A stretch of 64,000 nt of DNA from Syntrophales bacterium. Lineage in GTDB: Bacteria > Desulfobacterota > Syntrophia > Syntrophales > PHBD01. The position numbers and the translations under genes are program-made. Positions 56,199 to 64,000 of the stretch are shown piece by piece (the first letter of the stretch is position 1; the number at the start of each line of letters is the position of its first letter). The notes beneath the pieces are model-generated. The model had not been told where the DNA came from. It saw only the letters and a list, made by a program, of their open reading frames with translations, and ran no database searches. The DNA lies in NCBI GenBank assembly GCA_963668175.1, contig OY764159.1:3936001-4000000 (forward strand), read 5' to 3'.

Positions 56199-58784
56199 TC
56201 ATTTCAGATACTGGGAATATTTCTTGGACCATTTGTCGCTTTCGGTTTGGTATTCGACGATCTTACTCCAAAAGGGACCGTCCTGGCTGGCTTTCAACAG
56301 CCCAAAGGCCTTGTCGGCCTCCGGATAATCCTGCAATCGCCAGGACTCTTTCCCGATTCTATAAATCGACCACAGCTTCTGTCCCTGCTCGGGTACGTAA
56401 TTCATGGCCTGACGATACATGGCCAACCCTTCTTTAAACCTCTTTTCGGCAAAATAGCAATCGCCCAGTCCCATATAGGCGTCGGCCAGGTACCGCGGCG
56501 AATATTTCTTCTCGTCCTTGCCGGCCGCTTCTATAATCTTCTGATAATATCTGATAGCGAGCGCACACATATTTTTTTCCTTCAGGGCGTCCGCATATTT
56601 GTCATAAATGGGCAATCCCTCCTCGACGCTTTTCGTTTTATTGAGAATATCGCGGTAGGACTGGACGGCCCTGTCGTAAAGCCCCTGATGAAAAGTAACA
56701 TCCGCCATCATGGCCTTCGCTTTGTTCATGACCGCCACATCCTTATTCTTGGTCTGGCTTAGTATGCTCTGCAGTTTCTGCTCGGCGTCCTTATACTTCC
56801 CCTTCAGCATATCGATCTCGACCATGGCCATGATGGCCTTGTTCTCATTTTGCGTACTGGTCGCGGCCTTCGTAAGTTCGTTATATACCAAAGAGGCGTC
56901 GTCATAAAGGCTTACAGCCTTCAAGCTTTCTCCAATTTTGAAGTATGTGTCGGAATCTGCGCTGCCATGCTTCCCCTTCACAAAGGCCGCAAAATACATA
57001 TCGGCAACGGCGACATGATCCCCTTTGTCGTAATACATGTCGACAAGTCTGGTGGCGAGAAGCCTGTAGTTCCTGAGTACTTCATCCAGGTACTTACCTT
57101 TGGGATATTTCTTGAGATAAGCGCCATAGACATCGAAAGCCTCCTTATAGCGGCCCACCTTCGACAGGGCGTGCCCCTTCATGGCCAGCACCTGTTCGGA
57201 CATATCACCCTCGGGCGTCTTCGTCAAAATATTGTCATAAGCGGTTATCGGCTCCCGGTAGTTTTCAACAGCCGCCATGAATGTCGGAATCTTCAGGCCG
57301 GGTTTTTCCACACCGATACCGGCCATGGCGACAGCGGCTTCCTTGGCTTCCTTGCTTTCGGGATATTTTTCGATGACTCTGCTGAATACCTTAAGAGCCA
57401 GGGGCGCCTGATTCAATTCGGCAAGAGTCCGCCCCATGGCCAGCATCGCCATCTTGGACCAATCATCGTCAGGGTACATGCTGACATAGTAAGAGAAAAT
57501 ATCATTGGCCTCGCCGAACCTTCGGGACCGGTAATAATGGTAGCCGAGGTCCAGGAGCATGAACCTGGGAATATCGGATAAATCGGGCCATTTCCTGAGT
57601 GCCTCACCGTACCAGATATCCGCATTGGCAGGCTGATTTTGCCGATAATAACCTTCCGCCACGATGAAATGGGCATATTTCGCCTGCGCCCCGTCGGGAT
57701 ATTTTTTCAGATAGGCTTGTGCCTTTTCGGAGGCTTCCTTGACCTTGCCGAGCTTGTTGAACATGTCCGCCGCCATGAACATGGCATCGGCGGCATACGG
57801 AGATTCGGGATAACGGGCCGCGAGCTTATCCAGGGATTGATTGGCCTCATAGAAGAAATTCAGTTGATCGTAGCATTTGGCCATTCGGAGGTAGACCAGA
57901 TCGTTGCCCTCGCGTACATCGGGATAACTGTTCAGTATCTCCTTATAGTAATCGACGGCGTTAAAATAATCCTGTTTTCCGTTCTTCTCCCCGAGGAAGA
58001 AATGGGTGTCGGCAAGACGCCTCAGGACCTTTTCCCGGATCACCGGATCGGAAGGTCTGCTCGCATTGAGCTTCTTTAAATTGACCAGCGCGCTTTCGTA
58101 ACGGCGTGCCTGAAAGTCTTGCATGGCCGTATTAAAAATCGGATCGCGGGTCTGGGGCTCAATCGGAACCGCAGGCCTTGCCGGGGGAGGTGGCGGAGGC
58201 GCAGGCAGTGCAGCCGTCGGCTCGGGCGGTTTGGCCGCCGCCTGCTCTTTTTTTGGCGCAGCGGCCTCTTTCTCACGTTGTGCAGCGGAAGCGGAAGCCG
58301 CAGCCACGGGCTTCCGTTCATTTACGCCCTGAGAATCGCGGGAACTTCGATCGGCATTGCTTTTACTGCTGTTCTTGACAGGGGCGGATACCTTGGCGGC
58401 GGCAGCCTTCGTTTCTTTCTTGTTGTTCGACGCCGGGGCGATTTCTTTACGGGAGGAAAAGTCGGAACGCTCGACCGCCGCATAATCAATGGCATGCTTC
58501 TGTTTCATCTCGACGGCGGCTTTTGCGGCACTGTCGGGGCTGTTGTACTGGCCGACATAGACTCGGTACCAGAGCCCTTTTCCCGGAATCTTAACCTTCT
58601 TATAATAAGCTTTATATCCCTTGGCATTCAGGGCCTTCACCTCCGCCTCGGCCTGGGCTGCCTTTTTGAACGACGCCTCATGTATACGGTAATAAGCCTT
58701 CGTCTGTTCCTTGCCTGAAGAAACAGCCGACAGGGCAATGACGGCCACAAGACTCAGAATGATGGCGGAAACAATGGTTTTCAT
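56199..58784 (-). CDS. Exported SPOR-domain plus multi-TPR protein
   Basis: Signal peptide; SPOR-like YRIHEASF..WYRVYVGQY; Pro/Ala linker; YP.S-type TPRs. Confidence 0.82.
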   Translation of the reverse strand: MKTIVSAIILSLVAVIALSAVSSGKEQTKAYYRIHEASFKKAAQAEAEVKALNAKGYKAYYKKVKIPGKGLWYRVYVGQYNSPDSAAKAAVEMKQKHAIDYAAVERSDFSSRKEIAPASNNKKETKAAAAKVSAPVKNSSKSNADRSSRDSQGVNERKPVAAASASAAQREKEAAAPKKEQAAAKPPEPTAALPAPPPPPPARPAVPIEPQTRDPIFNTAMQDFQARRYESALVNLKKLNASRPSDPVIREKVLRRLADTHFFLGEKNGKQDYFNAVDYYKEILNSYPDVREGNDLVYLRMAKCYDQLNFFYEANQSLDKLAARYPESPYAADAMFMAADMFNKLGKVKEASEKAQAYLKKYPDGAQAKYAHFIVAEGYYRQNQPANADIWYGEALRKWPDLSDIPRFMLLDLGYHYYRSRRFGEANDIFSYYVSMYPDDDWSKMAMLAMGRTLAELNQAPLALKVFSRVIEKYPESKEAKEAAVAMAGIGVEKPGLKIPTFMAAVENYREPITAYDNILTKTPEGDMSEQVLAMKGHALSKVGRYKEAFDVYGAYLKKYPKGKYLDEVLRNYRLLATRLVDMYYDKGDHVAVADMYFAAFVKGKHGSADSDTYFKIGESLKAVSLYDDASLVYNELTKAATSTQNENKAIMAMVEIDMLKGKYKDAEQKLQSILSQTKNKDVAVMNKAKAMMADVTFHQGLYDRAVQSYRDILNKTKSVEEGLPIYDKYADALKEKNMCALAIRYYQKIIEAAGKDEKKYSPRYLADAYMGLGDCYFAEKRFKEGLAMYRQAMNYVPEQGQKLWSIYRIGKESWRLQDYPEADKAFGLLKASQDGPFWSKIVEYQTESDKWSKKYSQYLK

Positions 58785-58902
58785 CTCAACGACGTCGTTC
58801 CTGTTGAAATTAATCGGTGGACATATACAAAATTATTATCTATATATCCCTCTCTATTCAAAGTTATAAAAATGTAGACATGGATAAACAAGAGCGTATC
58901 GT

Positions 58903-58918
58903 AGCAAATAATGTACCA
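58903..58918 (-). promoter_or_regulatory. Sigma54 promoter of the SPOR-TPR/kinase/regulator operon
   Basis: TGGTAC-ATTAT-TTGCT. Confidence 0.72.
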
Positions 58919-58982
58919 TCTCAGGTAGTATCTTTCTCCGGGACCGGCAGGCGGACAGACAGCGCCTCTTCCTGCTTCTCCA

Positions 58983-58998
58983 TGGCACACAATTTGCT
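58983..58998 (+). promoter_or_regulatory. Sigma54 promoter of PilZ-motA-motB
   Basis: TGGCAC-ACAAT-TTGCT. Confidence 0.88.
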
Positions 58999-59047
58999 TA
59001 ATTTCCCCGTATACTTATGGCGCTCCCAACCGTGAAAGCGAGGCACG

Positions 59048-59596
59048 ATGGAAGAAGACAACTCTCAAAAAGTTGAAAGCCGGCGGGAGTATTCACGCGT
59101 TCAGGTCTATATTCCGATGGACTTCCGTCTTCTGCCCCCCGAGGACCGGCAGCATGTAAAGTCGCACTTGGCGGGCGACGCCATCCTGGCCGAATTCAGA
59201 GGCCTTCCCCCCGTCGAGGATTCGCTTACCGTCGAATGGCTGACCATATTAAACAGCAAACTTGACACGATCATCAGAATGTTGACGTTTGATCATGAAG
59301 GGTTTATCGGGCTCCCCTATGTTTCCGTCAATATCAGCGGCGGGGGCATGAAATTTGACACCCCGCAGGCTTATACGCCCGGCGACATCGTGGAGGTGCG
59401 GATCATGCTTTCGGCCCCGAGGAGGATCGCCCTCTATATTTACGGTCAGGTCATGAAGTCCGAACCGAAAGAGGACGTCTACTCAACGGCAATCAAGTAT
59501 ATTTTCATGGATGATGTCCTTCGGGACGAGATTATACAATTCGTCTTCGAAAAGGAAAGAGAAATCCTGAGAGAAAAAAGGAGGACCCTCTTCTAG
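59048..59596 (+). CDS. PilZ-domain protein
   Basis: RREYSR and NISGGG motifs. Confidence 0.85.
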   Translation: MEEDNSQKVESRREYSRVQVYIPMDFRLLPPEDRQHVKSHLAGDAILAEFRGLPPVEDSLTVEWLTILNSKLDTIIRMLTFDHEGFIGLPYVSVNISGGGMKFDTPQAYTPGDIVEVRIMLSAPRRIALYIYGQVMKSEPKEDVYSTAIKYIFMDDVLRDEIIQFVFEKEREILREKRRTLF

Positions 59597-59599
59597 CCG

Positions 59600-60457
59600 A
59601 TGTTTGTCATTATTGGAAGTGTATTCGTCATATGTTGCGTCATAGGGGGATTCCTTCTCGCCCACGGGAACCTGTCCGTCTTGTTTCAGCCGACGGAGTT
59701 CCTGATTATCGGCGGCGCCGCAATAGGGGGATTTCTCATCGCCAACCCGATGAAGCTGATCAAGGCCGTCATCGCGAAGCTGCTCGGCATGTTCACCGGA
59801 AAAACCCGAACGAAACAGGATTATCTGGAAGCGCTGATGATGCTGAACGGCATTTTTTACAAGATCAGGCAGCAGGGCCTGGTTTCCATCGAGTCGGACG
59901 TCGACGAACCCGAAGCGAGCGCCTTGTTCAATGCCTATCCCAATATTTTGAAAAATCATCATGCCATTACCCTGGTCACGGATACGCTTCGCATGGTCAT
60001 GTCCACAACAATCGCATCCCATGAATTGGAAGCGCTCATCGATACCGAACTGGAAGCCCACCATGAAGAGGGTATGGCGCCGTCCCATGCCGTTTCCTTT
60101 GTGGCGGATTCACTCCCCGGCCTGGGAATCGTCGCCGCCGTTTTGGGCGTCGTTCTGACCATGGGAAAAATCGGAGAACCGCCGGAAGTACTGGGCCATC
60201 ATATCGGCGCCGCGCTGGTCGGGACTTTTCTCGGTGTTCTGCTTTGTTACGGGTTCGTCGGCCCGATGGGCAAGAACCTGGAGCACAGCGCCACAGAAGA
60301 CCTGCAATACTTGACGGTCCTCAAAGTGGCCCTGCTCGCTTTTATCGGCGGCGCCGCACCCAAAGTCGCCATCGAGTTCGGCAGGCGCGTCATTCCTGCC
60401 GATGCCAAACCGTCCTTCCTGGAACTGGAAGAAGTCGTCAGACAGGCTAAGAAATAA
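59600..60457 (+). CDS. motA: Stator MotA
   Basis: EFLIIGGAA, LPGLGIVAAVLGVV, AALVGTFLGVLLCYG. Confidence 0.97.
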   Translation: MFVIIGSVFVICCVIGGFLLAHGNLSVLFQPTEFLIIGGAAIGGFLIANPMKLIKAVIAKLLGMFTGKTRTKQDYLEALMMLNGIFYKIRQQGLVSIESDVDEPEASALFNAYPNILKNHHAITLVTDTLRMVMSTTIASHELEALIDTELEAHHEEGMAPSHAVSFVADSLPGLGIVAAVLGVVLTMGKIGEPPEVLGHHIGAALVGTFLGVLLCYGFVGPMGKNLEHSATEDLQYLTVLKVALLAFIGGAAPKVAIEFGRRVIPADAKPSFLELEEVVRQAKK

Positions 60458-61233
60458 TGGAAGAACGTCCAATTATCATAAAGAAAGTCAAGAAGAAAAG
60501 CGCCGGAGCCCATGGAGGATCGTGGAAGGTCGCCTACGCCGATTTCGTCACGGCCATGATGGCGTTCTTTCTCCTCTTGTGGCTGTTGTCCATGGTCTCT
60601 CCTGACAAACGGGCGGCGCTGTCGGAGTATTTCAGAAACTACAGTATTTTTAAGGAAATCGGCGCATCCATGCTGGGGGGCAAGGAGTCTTCCGTCATCA
60701 GCACCCAGATACAGGTCGTCCAGGGCCAGGCAGGCCGAACCCCCAGGCAGGAAATGGTCGATCCCGCCAAGAGCCTCACGCCCACCAAGGAAGAGATCGA
60801 AAAGCGACTGAAGACCTCCATCGCCGAAAAACTCGAATCCCTTAAGGATCAGGTGCTCATCGATATCGTCAATGCCGGGGTCAGGATCCAGATCGTCGAC
60901 AAGGAAGGCAGCGAAATGTTCCGTCTGGGGAGTGCCGATCCAACCGACAGGGCGAGGGAGGTACTCAAGGTGGTAGGCGATGTGATCGCCGAACTCCCGA
61001 ACCGTGTCGTCATTGAGGGACACACGGATGCCGCGCCTTTCCGCGGCGTCCAGAACACGAACTGGGAGCTGTCGACATCCCGGGCATCTTCGGCCAGACG
61101 GGAACTTGAGAAAAGGGGACTGGATCCGTCGAGAATCTCGAAGGTCATCGGATATGCGGATCAGGAACTCCTGATTCCCGAAGATCCGCGGGACGCCCGT
61201 AATCGACGCATCAGCATTATTCTTTTACAGTAG
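60457..61233 (+). CDS. motB: Stator MotB
   Basis: WKVAYADFVTAMMAFF, EGHTD, NWELS, NRRI. Confidence 0.97.
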   Translation: MEERPIIIKKVKKKSAGAHGGSWKVAYADFVTAMMAFFLLLWLLSMVSPDKRAALSEYFRNYSIFKEIGASMLGGKESSVISTQIQVVQGQAGRTPRQEMVDPAKSLTPTKEEIEKRLKTSIAEKLESLKDQVLIDIVNAGVRIQIVDKEGSEMFRLGSADPTDRAREVLKVVGDVIAELPNRVVIEGHTDAAPFRGVQNTNWELSTSRASSARRELEKRGLDPSRISKVIGYADQELLIPEDPRDARNRRISIILLQ

Positions 61234-61256
61234 AAGGCGTGATTTTCGCCCCGGCA

Positions 61257-61718
61257 CTATTCACCGAGGCAGACGTCAATGACGAATTTTCCGTCATCGG
61301 TTTCGAAGGGAATGATGATGCTCGGGGCACCGAGCACGTGGGCCACCTGATGGTTCTTCCCGGCCACCACCGTGGGAATGGCCGCCGTGATGATAAGCCC
61401 TTCTTTTTCGAGATGCTGTCTCGCCGCCCCGGAAACCATATTGGTGATTTCTCCGACGGCGTCTTTGATATCCCCGTTGATCGAACTGATCTCTTCGCCC
61501 AACATGTTCGAAACGATCTTTAAGATGCTCTTTTCACTGAAGCTGAGCGCCAGGGACCCTCTCATGGCTCCGGTCAGACCGATAATGCCGCTTATATCGC
61601 CGACGGCCTTATTGTCCTGCTTCAGATAGGGCTTCCCCATTCTCGGCTCTATAAATGCCATTGTCTTTAAAACGCTTTCCATGGCCTGGGAGAAAGCATT
61701 GATAAATATTACGTTCAT
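61257..61718 (-). CDS. cheX: CheX phosphatase (second copy)
   Basis: FINAF, DISGIIGLTG, DAVGEITNMVSG. Confidence 0.92.
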   Translation of the reverse strand: MNVIFINAFSQAMESVLKTMAFIEPRMGKPYLKQDNKAVGDISGIIGLTGAMRGSLALSFSEKSILKIVSNMLGEEISSINGDIKDAVGEITNMVSGAARQHLEKEGLIITAAIPTVVAGKNHQVAHVLGAPSIIIPFETDDGKFVIDVCLGE

Positions 61719-61748
61719 GTAGTTCCTTTATCCCGATAGGCAGTCCGA

Positions 61749-62129
61749 CTACATCTTCTCCAGTATCTTGGCAATCTTCTCGTTTAGGACTTCCGCCGTG
61801 AACGGTTTAACGATATAATTGCTGACACCCGACTTAACGGCTTCCACGACGTTGTCCTGCAGGGCTTCGGCCGTAACCATCAGAAAAGGAATCTTGGTCA
61901 GGTCGGCGTCTGCACGAACCGCCTTCAGCAATTCGAGTCCCGTCATATTCGGCATATTCCAGTCGGAGATCACCATATCAACCTTCTGCGCCTTGAGTAT
62001 TCGCATGGCGGCCACACCGTCCTCCGCTTCGACGATATCCTCGTACCCCACCTGTTTCAAAAGATTTCTGATCACTTTTCTCATTGTTGCGAAATCGTCT
62101 ACAACCAGTATCTTCAGATCCTTACCCAT
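61749..62129 (-). CDS. cheY: CheY
   Basis: VVDDFATMRK, SDWNMPNM, YIVKPFT. Confidence 0.97.
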   Translation of the reverse strand: MGKDLKILVVDDFATMRKVIRNLLKQVGYEDIVEAEDGVAAMRILKAQKVDMVISDWNMPNMTGLELLKAVRADADLTKIPFLMVTAEALQDNVVEAVKSGVSNYIVKPFTAEVLNEKIAKILEKM

Positions 62130-62253
62130 AACTTACCCCCATACATGATATCTTGTTATGATGACTCCAGACGACCGGGTAATGTCCTTGACCGTCCCTC
62201 CGGTCATTTTCGCGCTTCCGTTATGCTTCGTCAATCCGCGCTTACTAATCCAA

Positions 62254-62262
62254 ATTATACCA
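62254..62262 (-). promoter_or_regulatory. Possible sigma70 extended -10 promoter upstream of cheY
   Basis: TGGTATAAT in the cheA-cheY intergenic region; -35 is weak. Confidence 0.45.
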
Positions 62263-62336
62263 AAAGGCAAGTCCTTTGATCCATATGGAAATGTTTGGAG
62301 AAAGTCGACGGAACACGGCAGACCAAGTTCTGCTGT

Positions 62337-64000
62337 CTACGCCGATTCACTCAACTCGAAAAGACCTTCCGTATCCAGGATGAGTCCTATATTCCCATCG
62401 CCCAGGATGGCTCCCCCCGATACCCCTTTGATGCTCTTCAGGCTTTCGCCCAGACTTTTGATGACGACTTCCGCCTTACCCAATATCTTGTCCACGAGGA
62501 GACATTTGGAACGGTCTTCCCCTTCCACGACAACCACGATTGACTCCCAGGGATTGACCTGTTCGGGTTCTATGTTGAAAAGTTCGTACAAACGCACAAG
62601 AGGCAACAACTGTCCCATCACGTTGATGGTCTCACCCCTGCCGACGACGGTCGTAATCGATTCTTTGGTCGGACGCAGCGTTTGCCGGATGGCCGTTGTC
62701 GGCAATATATAACGCTCCGTTCCGACCTTCACGATCATGCCGTCAATAATGGCCATGGTCAGCGGAAATCTCGTAATAAAAGTGGTCCCTTTTCCAAAGG
62801 TGCTTTCGATCTCCGCTTTGCCCCTCAGTTTTTCGATGGCCTGTTTCACGACATCCATACCCACGCCCCGGCCTGAAACATCCGTAACCTTTTCAGCGGT
62901 CGAGAGCCCCGGCAGGAAGATAAGCTTGAAGATGTCCTGGTCGGACATGCCGTCGGCGCTCTGGATGGAACCGTTCTTGATCGCCTTGGCGATGATCTTG
63001 TCTTTGTTCAACCCCCTGCCGTCATCGCTGATCTCGATGACGACACTGCCGCCGCCATGATACGCCTTCAACTGGATCAGGCCCTTTTCAGGCTTGCCCA
63101 CCCTTATTCTTTCCTCCGGCGTTTCCAGCCCGTGGTCCACGGAATTGCGGATCATGTGGACCAGGGGATTGTAGATTTCATCGACCATGTTCCGGTCGAT
63201 TTCCGTCTCTTCACCGACCAGCTCGACGGCGACATTCTTACCCGTATTTTTCGCCAGGTCTCTGACCAGGCGGGACATCCTCTGAAAGGTCTGTTTGATG
63301 GGGACCATTCGCAAACCCGTCGATACGCGCTGCAACCCGGATGTGATTCGGAACAGTTGGGCGATGTCGCGCATCAGGTTTCTGTCGGATCCCATGTTAT
63401 TGGTCAAACCCTGCTGGACCATGGACTGGGTGATGACCAACTCGCCCACCATATCGATCATATCATCCAGCTTGCGGATATCCACGCGGATCGTAGACAT
63501 GTCCGTAACCTGTTCCGTCTGTTTCCTCAAGGCCTGGGAGACCTGTTTCGGGGTCACTTTTCCCTCTTCGATGAGGACCTCGCCCACTTTCTTTTCCTGC
63601 GGTTTACCCGGTTCGGAGAGCGTTTTTTCCAGTTCGTCCCTGGATATGGCTCCTTCATCGACGAGGATGTCCCCCAATTTCTTCACCTTGCCCCCGATTT
63701 CCAGACCTTTGTCGATCTTTTCGACTCTGTCGACGAGATCAACCAGGTTCACTTTCATCGGGGTGATCGGCCGGTTTTCCAGTTGATCTCTCAACTGGCC
63801 GATCATGGTTTTCAGGGCGTCGGCACCGTCGAGAATGACATCGATCAAGGGCGGCGTAACCATGATGTTCCCGTTTCTGGCTTTATCCAGCAGGTTTTCC
63901 AGACTGTGCGCCAAGGTTCTTATCTTTTCGAGATTGAGGAAACTGGCCACGCCTTTGATCGAATGGAACGGCCGGAAAATCGTATTGATGTAATCCTTGT
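62337..64000 (-). CDS. cheA: CheA, N-terminus outside the window, with an MshEN-like insert
   Basis: Hpt IFRPFHSIKG, LVHMIRNSVDHGLE, DVSGRGVGMDVV, C-terminal CheW-like domain. Confidence 0.96.
   Translation of the reverse strand, partial: KDYINTIFRPFHSIKGVASFLNLEKIRTLAHSLENLLDKARNGNIMVTPPLIDVILDGADALKTMIGQLRDQLENRPITPMKVNLVDLVDRVEKIDKGLEIGGKVKKLGDILVDEGAISRDELEKTLSEPGKPQEKKVGEVLIEEGKVTPKQVSQALRKQTEQVTDMSTIRVDIRKLDDMIDMVGELVITQSMVQQGLTNNMGSDRNLMRDIAQLFRITSGLQRVSTGLRMVPIKQTFQRMSRLVRDLAKNTGKNVAVELVGEETEIDRNMVDEIYNPLVHMIRNSVDHGLETPEERIRVGKPEKGLIQLKAYHGGGSVVIEISDDGRGLNKDKIIAKAIKNGSIQSADGMSDQDIFKLIFLPGLSTAEKVTDVSGRGVGMDVVKQAIEKLRGKAEIESTFGKGTTFITRFPLTMAIIDGMIVKVGTERYILPTTAIRQTLRPTKESITTVVGRGETINVMGQLLPLVRLYELFNIEPEQVNPWESIVVVVEGEDRSKCLLVDKILGKAEVVIKSLGESLKSIKGVSGGAILGDGNIGLILDTEGLFELSESA

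Noticed and set aside
58178..58300. Pro/Ala low-complexity stretch as a repeat element
   Set aside because: It is an ordinary interdomain linker in the SPOR-TPR protein.

Overview
Almost the whole window is one minus-strand flagellar supercluster, probably from a Deltaproteobacterium/Desulfobacterota. That assignment is inferred from gene order and protein style and may be Syntrophales-like. Read right to left it contains: a partial cheA, cheY and cheX; a plus-strand PilZ-motA-motB unit; a SPOR/TPR gene and a FlgS/FlgR-like sigma54 two-component pair; flgBC-fliEFGHIJ, a MotE-like gene and an inverted second cheX; fliK-flgDE, fliLMNOPQR, flhBAFG and fliA; several accessory genes; and flgFGAHIJMNKL. 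After flgL, where csrA/fliW/fliD/fliS would often sit, there is an alphaproteobacterial-type module: a short flagellin, an unknown ORF, flbT and flaF. A 16 kb putative flagellar glycosylation island follows. Its four tandem TPR-glycosyltransferase genes are mosaics of near-identical shared blocks, and only those blocks are strongly G-skewed on the coding strand. A sigma54-preceded run of glycosyl- and methyltransferases continues off the window edge. Eight sigma54 and two sigma28 promoter motifs can be read directly. No rRNA, tRNA, CRISPR or transposase was recognised. All family calls are by-eye motif recognition, not database searches.
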